A stretch of DNA of 54,663 nucleotides from a virus. Its lineage: Duplodnaviria; Caudoviricetes. The first letter of the stretch is position 1, and every line of letters begins with the position of its first letter. The stretch spans positions 1 through 54,663 of IMG/VR virus record IMGVR_UViG_3300048792_000052, one strand, 5' to 3'. The notes beneath the pieces are model-generated. The model was given only the letters and a program-made list of their open reading frames with translations. It did not search any database and was not told where the DNA came from. This document shows, piece by piece, positions 36,506 through 45,483 of the stretch. The translations under genes and the position numbers were made by a program.

Positions 36506-37144
36506 TTAGAGAGAACGGATTTTATCGGCTGTGCTTCGGGCTTTCGCCGCCTGGTCTCGGAAGAACTTGGCTGTTTGCTCGCTTCCCTCTGCGTTCTCAG
36601 TCTCGCCCCGCGCCTGCTCGCGCTTCGATGCCACGATCTTCTCTGCCTCGCCGCGCTCTTTGTCGGACTCGTACTTCTCCTGGCCGGACATCTCGGAACG
36701 TTTGATGAGCTTGCCTGGTGCGCCACAATTTAGACATTTGTGTGCAACTTGGTTAGCGTCGACGGCTCTATCGCTTCGAACCGTGTATGTTGTCTGGGCA
36801 ATTCGCGAGGCCTCGTTCCAGTGCTTTGTGCAGACGTTGATTACATCTCCGGCCACAGCATCCGGCCACTTACCGTCGTTGTCGCATACGCCGCATGGCC
36901 ATGTCGCTGAATCCATTTCATGCCCGTTGTCGCAAAGCCAAAATCCCTTTTCTTCCATCGCGGCCACTTCTTTGATGCGGGCATCCATCGTGTCCGCTTC
37001 TTTGTTCAACTGCTTGACGAGCGTCCTTTTTTCGCTGCCAGTGCGCTCCGCAAGGCGGCCGTTCAAATCGTTCAAGGCTGATTCGCGCTCGTGCCGCCAC
37101 CGATAGGCGATCTTGGTATAAACTTTGGCTAGGAATCTGAACAT
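36506..37144 (-). CDS. Coiled-coil protein with central Cys/His (zinc-binding-like) segment
   Basis: CDNGH, CGVC, CTKH, CLNC flanked by charged helices. Confidence 0.6.
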   Translation of the reverse strand: MFRFLAKVYTKIAYRWRHERESALNDLNGRLAERTGSEKRTLVKQLNKEADTMDARIKEVAAMEEKGFWLCDNGHEMDSATWPCGVCDNDGKWPDAVAGDVINVCTKHWNEASRIAQTTYTVRSDRAVDANQVAHKCLNCGAPGKLIKRSEMSGQEKYESDKERGEAEKIVASKREQARGETENAEGSEQTAKFFRDQAAKARSTADKIRSL

Positions 37145-37205
37145 CTTGGAGATGGTTTAATAATAATATTCGGGCAACATTTGTCAATTCACAGGAGCGT
37201 ATACG

Positions 37206-37595
37206 ATGACCTTCGAGGAGTTTCAGAATGCGGCGGCAGAAACACTGCTTGCTGAGGCGAAGACTTGCTTTGATACATCGAAGAACTTTCCCGCACCCTG
37301 GGCAGGAAGAGCGCCGTTAGTCCTTGAAGCACAGTTTTACATGGCGGAACTGGATCGGAGGGAAGCCGCCCTCGAACGCGCTGAGAGCCGGAGGATCGCA
37401 ACGAGGGACTTCCGCATGGAACTTATCGTTATCTTTCTCATCGGGCTGGAACTGGTCATGGGAATCTGGGGGATCGTTGCCGCCACGAAGGAAAGCAAGG
37501 AGCAGGCGAAGATAATGGATCGGGTGGTGCAAGGGTTGGACCGCGTAGAGAAGGCGGCAAACCGCGCCGGAAATATGAACCTGCTCCGCCATTAG
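37206..37595 (+). CDS. Moron: single-TM hypothetical protein
   Basis: MELIVIFLIGLELVMGIWGIV TM segment. Confidence 0.6.
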   Translation: MTFEEFQNAAAETLLAEAKTCFDTSKNFPAPWAGRAPLVLEAQFYMAELDRREAALERAESRRIATRDFRMELIVIFLIGLELVMGIWGIVAATKESKEQAKIMDRVVQGLDRVEKAANRAGNMNLLRH

Positions 37596-37736
37596 GTTCT
37601 CTGAAGCGCTGAGAGCGGCACCCGAGGATTCAATGAAACCGAAGCAAGTTGTTCAAAGCGTAGAAGAAATTCGGCGTAACTGGAGGTTTGCGGAAATCCG
37701 CAATGGTATTATGGTGGGTGAAAAAGGAGCGATTAA

Positions 37737-37949
37737 ATGGCTGATTTCAAGATTGGTGATACGGTAAAGCTCAAGTCGGGCGGTCCGAAAATGACAATCA
37801 CGAGCGATAGCGCTCCTCCGCCGCCTCCCGGCGGTACGGTCCGCAAAATGTGGAAATGCCAATGGTTCACGGACAAGCATGAGGTCAAGCACGCAGACTT
37901 TCCACCGGAATCGCTGATGCCTTGGACCGAAAAAGACGAGATGCTTTAA
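37737..37949 (+). CDS. YodC/DUF2158-family protein
   Basis: FKIGDTVKLKSGGPKMTI...CQWF...FPPESL; AGGAG SD. Confidence 0.85.
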   Translation: MADFKIGDTVKLKSGGPKMTITSDSAPPPPPGGTVRKMWKCQWFTDKHEVKHADFPPESLMPWTEKDEML

Positions 37950-38284
37950 CGCATCGGATGCGCTGGGCGGAGCTCGAACTCCACGAACTCCTGTCCCTTC
38001 GGCACGATCCGCTTTTCTACTTCCCAATGGCAGATGTCGCGGTCGTTGAAACCGTATTGCTCCGCGAGCGCGTCTTGGAATGCCTTGATGAGATTGTCGC
38101 CGTCGGAATTGCTTGAAGAAACACCGAACACGTATCTCACCGCGAGCTTACCGCGCGGCACTTCGATCTTGGGCAGGAGATACGAAAGCTCGCGCTGGTA
38201 GGCGAGAAGTTCCGGCGTGCGAAAGCGGCGCCCTTGATACGCACGATTGACTGTAAGCGGCTTGATGGCGACGTGGTACATCAC
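37946..38284 (-). CDS. RusA-like Holliday junction resolvase
   Basis: KPLTVNRAY, SDGDNLIKAFQDAL, FNDRDI, V.K.IV.KG.E. Confidence 0.8.
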   Translation of the reverse strand: MMYHVAIKPLTVNRAYQGRRFRTPELLAYQRELSYLLPKIEVPRGKLAVRYVFGVSSSNSDGDNLIKAFQDALAEQYGFNDRDICHWEVEKRIVPKGQEFVEFELRPAHPMR

Positions 38285-38541
38285 TACGTTTCAAGGTCGT
38301 CCTCCTTCGGCTTGTGGCAAGGGCAACTGCAAGGGGAGTCGTGCTCCAACCATTCTTTCTTCGGGGCCACGCCGTCACAATCCATATGGTCCCCATCGCG
38401 GCACGCTTCGGAGATGGTCATATTAATCGACTCGCGCGTTGCACACCGTGCAGTAATGGCGGTTCCATGACCAAGCCCAGATCTTCGCGCCGTGGCACTG
38501 TGATCGGAAACCGAGCCGTATGAGGATGCGGGTGAAGATGG

Positions 38542-38823
38542 TCATGCTTTTGGTGCGGGACGCGCCTTTGCGGATTTCCGCGAAGGAAGGATACGGATCT
38601 CGACGGGAAGAATCTTGTAATACTTTTGGTCTGGCTTATTTATCCACGCTTTTCGTTTCCGGGCTTCTTCTTCTCGCCAATACAACTCGAAGTGATATGC
38701 CGTTTCGAATTCCTCGCCAACTTTCATGTGGGCGAAAGTTGAAGTCGGCGCAAAAGATGGGTCGTCTAACGGATTGCAATCGTTTACCACCGCCCACGCT
38801 TTGATGACTTTCGGTTTCTTCAT
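38542..38823 (-). CDS. Hypothetical early protein
   Basis: 93-aa ORF in the early operon. Confidence 0.55.
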   Translation of the reverse strand: MKKPKVIKAWAVVNDCNPLDDPSFAPTSTFAHMKVGEEFETAYHFELYWREEEARKRKAWINKPDQKYYKILPVEIRILPSRKSAKARPAPKA

Positions 38824-38858
38824 GTAAGTAGAGATTGGTTAGTTGCTACACTGTGCAA

Positions 38859-39053
38859 ATGGATATTTTGAAGATGCTTGAAGAACTTCGTACCGAGCGT
38901 GCGGCAATTGATGAAGCGATCGCGGTACTAGCACGGCTGAGTTTGGGCCAGGGAAAACGGCGGGGACGTCCACCGCTCTGGATGACAGGAGCCGTGGCGG
39001 GAAAGCGGCGCGGCCGTCCGCCTGGAAGCAAGAACAAGCCGAAAGAGGAATAG
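38859..39053 (+). CDS. Small AT-hook DNA-binding protein (moron)
   Basis: MDILKMLEELRTERAAIDEAIAVL plus two KRRGRPP motifs; TACACT 6 nt before the ATG. Confidence 0.75.
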   Translation: MDILKMLEELRTERAAIDEAIAVLARLSLGQGKRRGRPPLWMTGAVAGKRRGRPPGSKNKPKEE

Positions 39054-39054
39054 T

Positions 39055-39453
39055 TCAGAACAGCATGTGTTGGGCTTCGACCTTTGGCCCAGAATTGAAG
39101 AACCTGTCTTTCATCGGGATATCGAGCTGTTGCTCTAGTTCGAATAGTTCTTCCTCTCGCCGCGCCGAGATTGCGGAAATCCGCAACGGGAATGACATCT
39201 GATACCAATAGAGTGCTTGGTTCTTTGGGTCGTGCCAGCCGCGAATCAGGCACTCGGTCTTGCCACGCCACTTGCCATCCTTTAGATCCGCGACTCTCGC
39301 CCCGACACGGGCAAGACTTTTCATATCCCCGCGCCCGCACTCCGGACAGTAGTTGGCTGACGGATAGACCACGCGGACGATTTCGTCCGTACGATGGGGC
39401 TGGTTGTCGCTCAATAGGTTGTAGAGGCGCTCGGTTTGTGATGGGGATTTCAT
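39055..39453 (-). CDS. Winged-helix-like protein
   Basis: SQTERLYNLLSD..PH...LARVGARVADL...YWY; start MKSPSQ inferred. Confidence 0.6.
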   Translation of the reverse strand: MKSPSQTERLYNLLSDNQPHRTDEIVRVVYPSANYCPECGRGDMKSLARVGARVADLKDGKWRGKTECLIRGWHDPKNQALYWYQMSFPLRISAISARREEELFELEQQLDIPMKDRFFNSGPKVEAQHMLF

Positions 39454-39455
39454 GG

Positions 39456-39641
39456 TTATTGTGTTTGCGCTTCGAAGTCGTCCGCGCTGAATATCTGTTC
39501 GATAGGGATGAACGATGGTTCTACACCTTTGCATCCGATATGCTGGACACGCCATCCACCCTTGTGCCGTTCGAAGTATCCGTCGTCCGGCTTCACCGGC
39601 TTGCCGCACTTATAACAAATGCCTGGGTACTTGTTCCTCAT
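39456..39641 (-). CDS. Small zinc-finger-like protein
   Basis: MRNKYPGICYKCG...VQHIGC. Confidence 0.65.
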   Translation of the reverse strand: MRNKYPGICYKCGKPVKPDDGYFERHKGGWRVQHIGCKGVEPSFIPIEQIFSADDFEAQTQ

Positions 39642-39643
39642 AG

Positions 39644-39943
39644 TTACTCTGTTTGCGCGATCAGACTGCTCACCTCGACCAGATTGGTGATTCCTGGATA
39701 ACGATCAAGATGCCGCATCATCGCGCATTGCGGCATATGGAACCACGAGTAGCCATACCACGGCTGGTAGTACTCCCATACTTCCGTACAATCGCACTGC
39801 ACCTTGCCGAGTTTCGCGCGCCACTTGAAATTGAATGGAACGATGATTTTATAGCCGCGATCAATCCAATTCTTCGGCCTGCGCTTAGTAGGCTTCACGA
39901 AATTGCCGCAGATGGACATAGATTCGTTGGTTCGGCAGCTCAT
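39644..39943 (-). CDS. Hypothetical early protein
   Basis: CDC...H..C; ATGA coupling to the upstream ORF. Confidence 0.5.
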   Translation of the reverse strand: MSCRTNESMSICGNFVKPTKRRPKNWIDRGYKIIVPFNFKWRAKLGKVQCDCTEVWEYYQPWYGYSWFHMPQCAMMRHLDRYPGITNLVEVSSLIAQTE

Positions 39944-40350
39944 GGATGTATTGAACAGTGATGCTGACACGTCGGAGCTTCGACTTGCTCCGCTTCTTTC
40001 TTTCCTGGCAGGGCTTTAGACCAAGAACCTGCCGATTGAAATATTCGCTCGCATGTTTCCTTCAAGGAATCGGAGGGCTTTGCGAAGCGTTTATATATTT
40101 CGATTGCCTCGTAAGCCCGCCGCTCCGTCATGCCGCGCTCGCCGTACTCATTACAGACCGCCTGGATGAACTTGCGCCGGTCCGGTTTCTTGATATCCCG
40201 TAAAGCGTTCTCTAGCGATTTCACCCGCCCGACGTACCAGACGATGGTTCTCATCGCGCGATCATGGAAGAACATTTCGTCCTGCCCGCGCCAATCGTCA
40301 ATGAGATTAGCAACGGTTTCTTCAAAGTGGGGAGTGAGAGCTTGGGTCAT
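39940..40350 (-). CDS. Hypothetical early protein
   Basis: ATGA-coupled ORF ending TCQHHCSIHP. Confidence 0.55.
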   Translation of the reverse strand: MTQALTPHFEETVANLIDDWRGQDEMFFHDRAMRTIVWYVGRVKSLENALRDIKKPDRRKFIQAVCNEYGERGMTERRAYEAIEIYKRFAKPSDSLKETCERIFQSAGSWSKALPGKKEAEQVEAPTCQHHCSIHP

Positions 40351-40628
40351 GTTGGCTTGTACCACGGCTTATCGACTAACTCATCGTGATGAACCGCCGA
40401 GGCCTGATTGAATCCGCCGATCTCATTCCACAACTCCTGAACGTGGCGGCACGTTCGGGAGAACGTGAACTTGGGGCAGGTGCAATCCCAGTTCGGGTGG
40501 TCGAGCGTTCCTCCAAAAAAGATGGTGGTCGTGTAAGCCGTTCCGGGATTGGACTTAGAAGGGAATGTCTTCGGCCGAAATGTCTTCTGCGCCCGATATG
40601 TCTGGCATATCTTCTTCGCTAGCATCGT
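40347..40628 (-). CDS. SWIM zinc-finger protein (start uncertain)
   Basis: FPSKSNPG..Y...WDCTCPKF....CRHV. Confidence 0.65.
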   Translation of the reverse strand, partial: TMLAKKICQTYRAQKTFRPKTFPSKSNPGTAYTTTIFFGGTLDHPNWDCTCPKFTFSRTCRHVQELWNEIGGFNQASAVHHDELVDKPWYKPT

Positions 40629-41061
40629 CATCGAGTTGGATGGTTGGCACATGATTACCAGCGACCTTTGAGATTTTCGTGCCATACTTTCCTGTCTTCA
40701 TCTTGAATGCCTCCGCAATGAACTCCTCGCCCACGGCGATGTTTTCCAACGCTTCGACGATGTAATTCACCTTGCCCGTCTGCTGGTTCTTGATGGCGAC
40801 GTTCCAAAACTTCTTCTCGCCATTGTCGGAAACGACCATCTGCAATTCCTCCTGCTCCTTGCCGTCATAGCCCTTGCCGCGTCCGATCTTCTCCGAGATG
40901 ATTTTGACGCGGTGCTGGCCGTTCGGCACGCGGATCTCCTCCGTCTGTCCGGCGCCCACATCGACAACCCTTTTGTCCGTCACTGAAAAGAACCCTGACT
41001 GCTCCCGCACCGCACCTTTCTCCCGCGCTGAATCCATCAACCGCTTTGTTAAATCGCTCAT
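40555..41061 (-). CDS. Putative single-stranded DNA-binding protein
   Basis: Beta-rich core, acidic tail ending EDIPF, next to the exonuclease. Confidence 0.6.
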   Translation of the reverse strand: MSDLTKRLMDSAREKGAVREQSGFFSVTDKRVVDVGAGQTEEIRVPNGQHRVKIISEKIGRGKGYDGKEQEELQMVVSDNGEKKFWNVAIKNQQTGKVNYIVEALENIAVGEEFIAEAFKMKTGKYGTKISKVAGNHVPTIQLDDDASEEDMPDISGAEDISAEDIPF

Positions 41062-41076
41062 AGTTAGTGTTATTGG

Positions 41077-41955
41077 TTATGCGGCTTTCGACATTGCCGC
41101 TTTTGTTACTGGCTTTGGTTTGACTGCCTTGATTGGCTGAACAATGGGTTTAGCATCGACCTTCATCTTGTGGCTACCCATATCCTTGAACTTGGATTCC
41201 ATATAGGAATAGAACTTGTGGGCGACACGCTGGTGTAAAAACGTCTCACGGAAGAACTGCATATCGGTCTGGTTCGTGATCGTAAGGGTCTCCGCCTCTT
41301 TACCGTCCTTCGGGATACGGATGATGAGGTAGCCCATCACCTGCAAGCCCATTTCGCGGAGCATCAGATCGTACCCGGCGCATTGGAGCAAGTAGCTTGC
41401 TGAAAGCTGGCCGCTCGTCTTGAAGTCCACAAGATAGGTAATGCCGTCGATGACTGCAATGCCATCCAGCTTGCCGGCGACCCGATGTACGTCCGACGCG
41501 ACTACTTCTTCGGATGCGAGCCAAGTGATGTCTTTGTCCTTCATCCAACCAACGAAAGCAGTTATGGCGTTATCGGCTTCCTTGCTTTGAGGAGTAGGAG
41601 GCAGGGGCTTGTCCGAACCCATCTTTGACTGAACGACTGCGCTGATCCAGTCATGAGCCGCCGTGCCATCCTGTTTCGCCTGTTCGGACTTTCGCTTCGC
41701 CGCACCTTTGGCTGCCATAACTGCTAACTCGAACATTTTTGGATTTTCCGTCATCACCTCGAACGGCTTAGAGAGCAGGTCTGAGGCCATCTCTTTCGCG
41801 TACCACGGACCGAGGAAGAAACTTTTGTCCCACGCATCGCTGATCGTGGTGCATCCGGTGTAGAGCGTTCCATCCGGCTTGGTGTAGGTATGCGCCGGTT
41901 CCTGAAAGATGATGTCGGTAGTATGCAAGATGCCTTCTAAAGATTTTGATTTCAT
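41077..41955 (-). CDS. PD-(D/E)XK exonuclease
   Basis: HTY, TTI, GT..H, SE..V, AGKLD, VDFKTS, LQCAGY. Confidence 0.85.
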   Translation of the reverse strand: MKSKSLEGILHTTDIIFQEPAHTYTKPDGTLYTGCTTISDAWDKSFFLGPWYAKEMASDLLSKPFEVMTENPKMFELAVMAAKGAAKRKSEQAKQDGTAAHDWISAVVQSKMGSDKPLPPTPQSKEADNAITAFVGWMKDKDITWLASEEVVASDVHRVAGKLDGIAVIDGITYLVDFKTSGQLSASYLLQCAGYDLMLREMGLQVMGYLIIRIPKDGKEAETLTITNQTDMQFFRETFLHQRVAHKFYSYMESKFKDMGSHKMKVDAKPIVQPIKAVKPKPVTKAAMSKAA

Positions 41956-42106
41956 GTTTTTGAATTCGGGAGGGTGCGAGCGAACCGGAACGGAATGCTC
42001 ACTGGAATAGTGGCCACTTACAGCATCACTGCTTTCCCCCCTCCCGAATGTTCCCGTTACTTTAATGTTCTGGTTTGCGCTGCTGACGTAAGCGCGGATT
42101 GACGTG

Positions 42107-42520
42107 TCACTGAAGATTACTGCTATCAGCCCTTGTCACTATCCTCCTGCACTGCTGCACAAACTCTTTCGGTGATAGTTGTTGTTTCATAAGATTACAT
42201 TGCTTACAACAGGGGACAAGATTGCCGATGTGATATCCAACTGTAGAATCGATACGATCCATGCCATATCGCGCAAAGACTAAGCCACAGTAGACGCACG
42301 GTTTCTGCCAAAACTCCATAAACTGTTCGAATGTCAGAGAGACTGCTTTATTTCTTTGCCTCGCTTGACCAAGGAACTTCTTAAATACATTCTCTGGCTT
42401 AGAGTTGGATCGAGAATGGTAAAAGCGTTCGCGTAGTGCTCTTGTCGAGGATAGCTCTGGTGGAATCGAAAGTGTAAATCTACCTCCGCGCCGATTGATT
42501 TGTTGTGGGTATATCTTCAT
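42107..42520 (-). CDS. HNH-like endonuclease
   Basis: LTFEQF...PCVYCG...GMDRIDS..GY...N.VPCCKQCN.MK. Confidence 0.8.
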   Translation of the reverse strand: MKIYPQQINRRGGRFTLSIPPELSSTRALRERFYHSRSNSKPENVFKKFLGQARQRNKAVSLTFEQFMEFWQKPCVYCGLVFARYGMDRIDSTVGYHIGNLVPCCKQCNLMKQQLSPKEFVQQCRRIVTRADSSNLQ

Positions 42521-42544
42521 TAACGCGAGCGCGGGATGACGGAC

Positions 42545-42763
42545 TTAAAAGTCGAGGACTGCGAAACCGCTCACAAAGACGATGAGGAAACTTACGATGA
42601 GCGATGGGGTGTCGTGCGCTCCAACTGCCCACACGAACTCCGATCCTGCGAGGAAGAACGTAAGGTAGGTCAATTTCTCCGCGCGTCGACTTGTCCTGCG
42701 CCGCCAGTCCTCATGTTCAATCGGAGAGACAAGCGGCAATGCTGATTTAGATTTCGGTTTCAT
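42545..42763 (-). CDS. Small membrane protein
   Basis: Start MKPKSK inferred; two C-terminal hydrophobic segments. Confidence 0.5.
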   Translation of the reverse strand: MKPKSKSALPLVSPIEHEDWRRRTSRRAEKLTYLTFFLAGSEFVWAVGAHDTPSLIVSFLIVFVSGFAVLDF

Positions 42764-42956
42764 GGTGATTGCGGATTTCCGAAATAGTGTTAGATTTCGA
42801 CCTTTTGGTGTAATTCGCTGGTGGGGAAAGCGATTCATTGGGACAGTAGCCATCGCTGATACTGAATCTCGTATCTATTTCCCTTCCCCCATCAGCGAAC
42901 CACTTAGTAACTATACGCCCCCGTCAGGTTATTGCAAGCCCAACCTGTGCATAACC

Positions 42957-43115
42957 CTAGACCGCCATTTCAGCCCGTTTTCGCGCCCGATACCCTCTGA
43001 AATACGCCCGTAGCTGCTTGCGGTGCGTCGTCCGGTAAGCAACGTGGTAGGCGTTGTACCGCTTGCGGCCGAGCCGCTTGCCGAACTTCTTTTGATACCA
43101 CGCGAGGGATGCCAT
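42957..43115 (-). CDS. Highly basic 52-aa protein at the divergence point
   Basis: Own translation: MASLAWYQKKFGKRLGRKRYNAYHVAYRTTHRKQLRAYFRGYRARKRAEMAV. Confidence 0.5.
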   Translation of the reverse strand: MASLAWYQKKFGKRLGRKRYNAYHVAYRTTHRKQLRAYFRGYRARKRAEMAV

Positions 43116-43249
43116 TACAAAAATAATAACCCAGATTGTTATTTGTGCAAATGCTGAGAAAGGGGCATAACCGGAGAACTTATTTAGTCTTGTATTATCC
43201 CGTGGATTCTTTACGCTTAGATTAGCAGACTTGAAAGGACTGCTTTCTT

Positions 43250-43432
43250 ATGCCCCAGCGCAAGGAAGTGTTCGTCATCCAGCCGGACCCCGATGACGAA
43301 AAGAAATCGTACTGGCATCGTTGCGGTGTCGCGTTTGTAAATCGCGACGGCTCGCTCAACCTGAAGCTCGATCTGTTTCCGAACGTGCAATTGCAAGTTC
43401 GGGACGCGAAAGAAAAGGAGGGTGCGCGATGA
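43250..43432 (+). CDS. Small beta-rich protein typical of mobile elements
   Basis: KSYWHRCGVAFVNRDGSLNLKLDLFP; GAAAGGA SD. Confidence 0.7.
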   Translation: MPQRKEVFVIQPDPDDEKKSYWHRCGVAFVNRDGSLNLKLDLFPNVQLQVRDAKEKEGAR

Positions 43433-43602
43433 GCGCGCCCTCTCAACTCAATCTCTTTGAACCGAAGGAGGAGAAGTACAAATACGGAACGCATTACTAC
43501 CGGTGCGGTGGGTGGTTCATCACCAAAGACAGTTTTGTGTACATCCAGCTCAACGGCGAACTTCGTCCGAAACCGCGCAAGAAGAAACGGAGGCGACGAT
43601 GA
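43429..43602 (+). CDS. Hypothetical protein
   Basis: MSAPSQLNLF...; ATGA couplings on both sides. Confidence 0.5.
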   Translation: MSAPSQLNLFEPKEEKYKYGTHYYRCGGWFITKDSFVYIQLNGELRPKPRKKKRRRR

Positions 43603-44491
43603 GAATCCAGTTTGCGGAAATCCGCAATATCAAAGTGGAGGATGTGCTTGCCCACTACGGAGTGGAAACGCGCAAGCGGTCCACTACGGAACTGGTAGCC
43701 AACTGCCCGTTCCCGTCCCATAAGGAAACGGAACATAAAAACGGGAATCCTACTCTCTGCATTTCGCTCGAACTGAACCGCTGGTTCTGCCAGAGTTCGA
43801 AGTGCCGAGAAATATCCAACAAGCCCAAAGGCGGGGACTGCATTGATGTCGTCGCCATGATGGAGAATCTGACTCCGCTCGATGCCGCGAAAAAGCTGGC
43901 GGAGTTGTTCGGCGGAAATCCGCAATCTCGACCAAACACTGTAAGAGCGGACACCCCTCACCCCCTTCAAAGCCGAATCCTCCCCTCGCCTTCACGCTGA
44001 AACTTGACCCCGATCACCCAGCCATCAGAGAAAGGGGAATCAGTCTGGAAACGGCGATGGAGTTCGGAGTGGGGTTTTTCTCTGGCAAGGGAAGCATGGC
44101 TAATAGAGTGTGCTTCCCCATCAGAGAAAACGGCGCGATCGTGGCTTACGCGGGCCGGACCATTTTGCCCGTTTCGGATGAGAACCCTAAATGGAAGATT
44201 CCTGCCGGTCTTCAGCGCACGTTTGTCTACGGGTTAGAAAAGTGCGATCCGGCAAAACCACTCATCCTATGCGAGTCGCCGTGGGGATGTCTATGGCTAT
44301 TTCAGCATGGACGGCAAGCCGCGGCGCTCGTCGCTTGCAGTATGACATCCGAACAAGAAAAGCGGCTCGAGCCGTTCAAGGTTATCCAGCTCGCTTTTGA
44401 CAATGACCAATCGGGCCGCGATGCTACCGCAAAGATAGTTGAACGTTTGCGCGGGAAGCACACGGTACTGAAATCGTACCTGAAGGAATAG
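43599..44491 (+). pseudogene. DnaG-like primase (CHC2 zinc finger plus TOPRIM) split by a frameshift near 43925-43975
   Basis: Frame 1: CPFPSH...WFC...GGDCID; -1 frame: NPPLAFTLKLDPDHP..RERGI..ET..EFGVG...YAGR...CES...AFDND. Confidence 0.75.
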
Positions 44492-44515
44492 CGGCTCTAC
44501 GGAGCCGCCTTTTTT
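44491..44515 (+). terminator. Intrinsic terminator after primase
   Basis: GCGGCTC-TACG-GAGCCGC followed by CTTTTTT. Confidence 0.75.
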
Positions 44516-44579
44516 GTGAGCTTGCAATTCTGCGGGGAGGGCTTATAGTTACATAAACCACTTACTGTTTCCACTTCTG

Positions 44580-45056
44580 ATGGCACGCAATCTTGTAAAA
44601 CATCGTGCTTCAAACAAACGGTACTACAAACGCCACCGTGATTTGGTTATCAGGAAAAACAGCAAATACCAACTAGAACATAGGCCTCGCAAACGTGGAT
44701 ATGACCATCGCAGATATTTGCAGGTACGAGTGGCGTGGATTAAGAAGACAACCGAATGGAGGCGCAATAAGGTTATCGAGGTCAGGCGAGCGATCTTTGA
44801 AAAATATGGCAAACGTTGTAAGCGTTGTGGGTTTTCAGACGAGAGAGCGCTTTGCGTTGACCACATCCACGGCGGCGGCAGAAAGGAGCGGAGGGTTCTC
44901 ACACCATACAAGTTCTATGAAAAAGTGCTGAAGGATAAGGCTGGCCTGTACCAGATACTTTGCCACAACTGTAACTGGATTAAGGTTCATGAAAACAAGG
45001 AGTTCGTGGGTCGGCCACGTTTTGTAGTTGAAGAGGGAGAAGTAAGAGCGATTTAG
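44580..45056 (+). CDS. HNH-like endonuclease
   Basis: YGKRCKRCG...LCVDHIHGGG...YQILCHNCNWIK. Confidence 0.8.
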   Translation: MARNLVKHRASNKRYYKRHRDLVIRKNSKYQLEHRPRKRGYDHRRYLQVRVAWIKKTTEWRRNKVIEVRRAIFEKYGKRCKRCGFSDERALCVDHIHGGGRKERRVLTPYKFYEKVLKDKAGLYQILCHNCNWIKVHENKEFVGRPRFVVEEGEVRAI

Positions 45057-45070
45057 AAAGGGAGAGTAAC

Positions 45071-45277
45071 TTGGACACGAAAGAGCTGCTAAAGATGGAA
45101 GCCGCTGTCAAAGACGCGCGGCAAAAAGTGAAGGATGAGCTGTTTGCCAAGGTGCAGGTGATGCTCGAAGAACTGCGCCTCGTCGGGTTTGACTATGACC
45201 TCATAACTCACCGAGAAACCCCGAAGATTGGCCGGCCACGAAAGGAGGGAAATGCCAAAGCGCAGGTGGGGCAGTAA
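45071..45277 (+). CDS. Hypothetical protein with GRPRK AT-hook-like motif
   Basis: 68 aa, GGGAG SD, TTG start. Confidence 0.55.
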   Translation: MDTKELLKMEAAVKDARQKVKDELFAKVQVMLEELRLVGFDYDLITHRETPKIGRPRKEGNAKAQVGQ

Positions 45278-45406
45278 GCCGAGAGCGCATCCGGCGCGGT
45301 GGAACCTTCAACACGGCGAGCGGCCGGAAAAAGACAAACCCAAGCCGACGTGGGATGCCAAGAACCCGAGGCCGCCCGACAAGAGGCCGAGAGGATGGTT
45401 TTTTTG

Positions 45407-45443
45407 AAAAAAGGCCCCTGCTTCGGCGGGGGCTATTTTATTT
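45407..45443. terminator. Bidirectional intrinsic terminator
   Basis: A-tract, GCCCCTGC-TTCG-GCGGGGGC, T-tract. Confidence 0.7.
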
Positions 45444-45483
45444 GAGATATACTTGTTCGCATTCCGAAAAAGAGGTGAACCGC

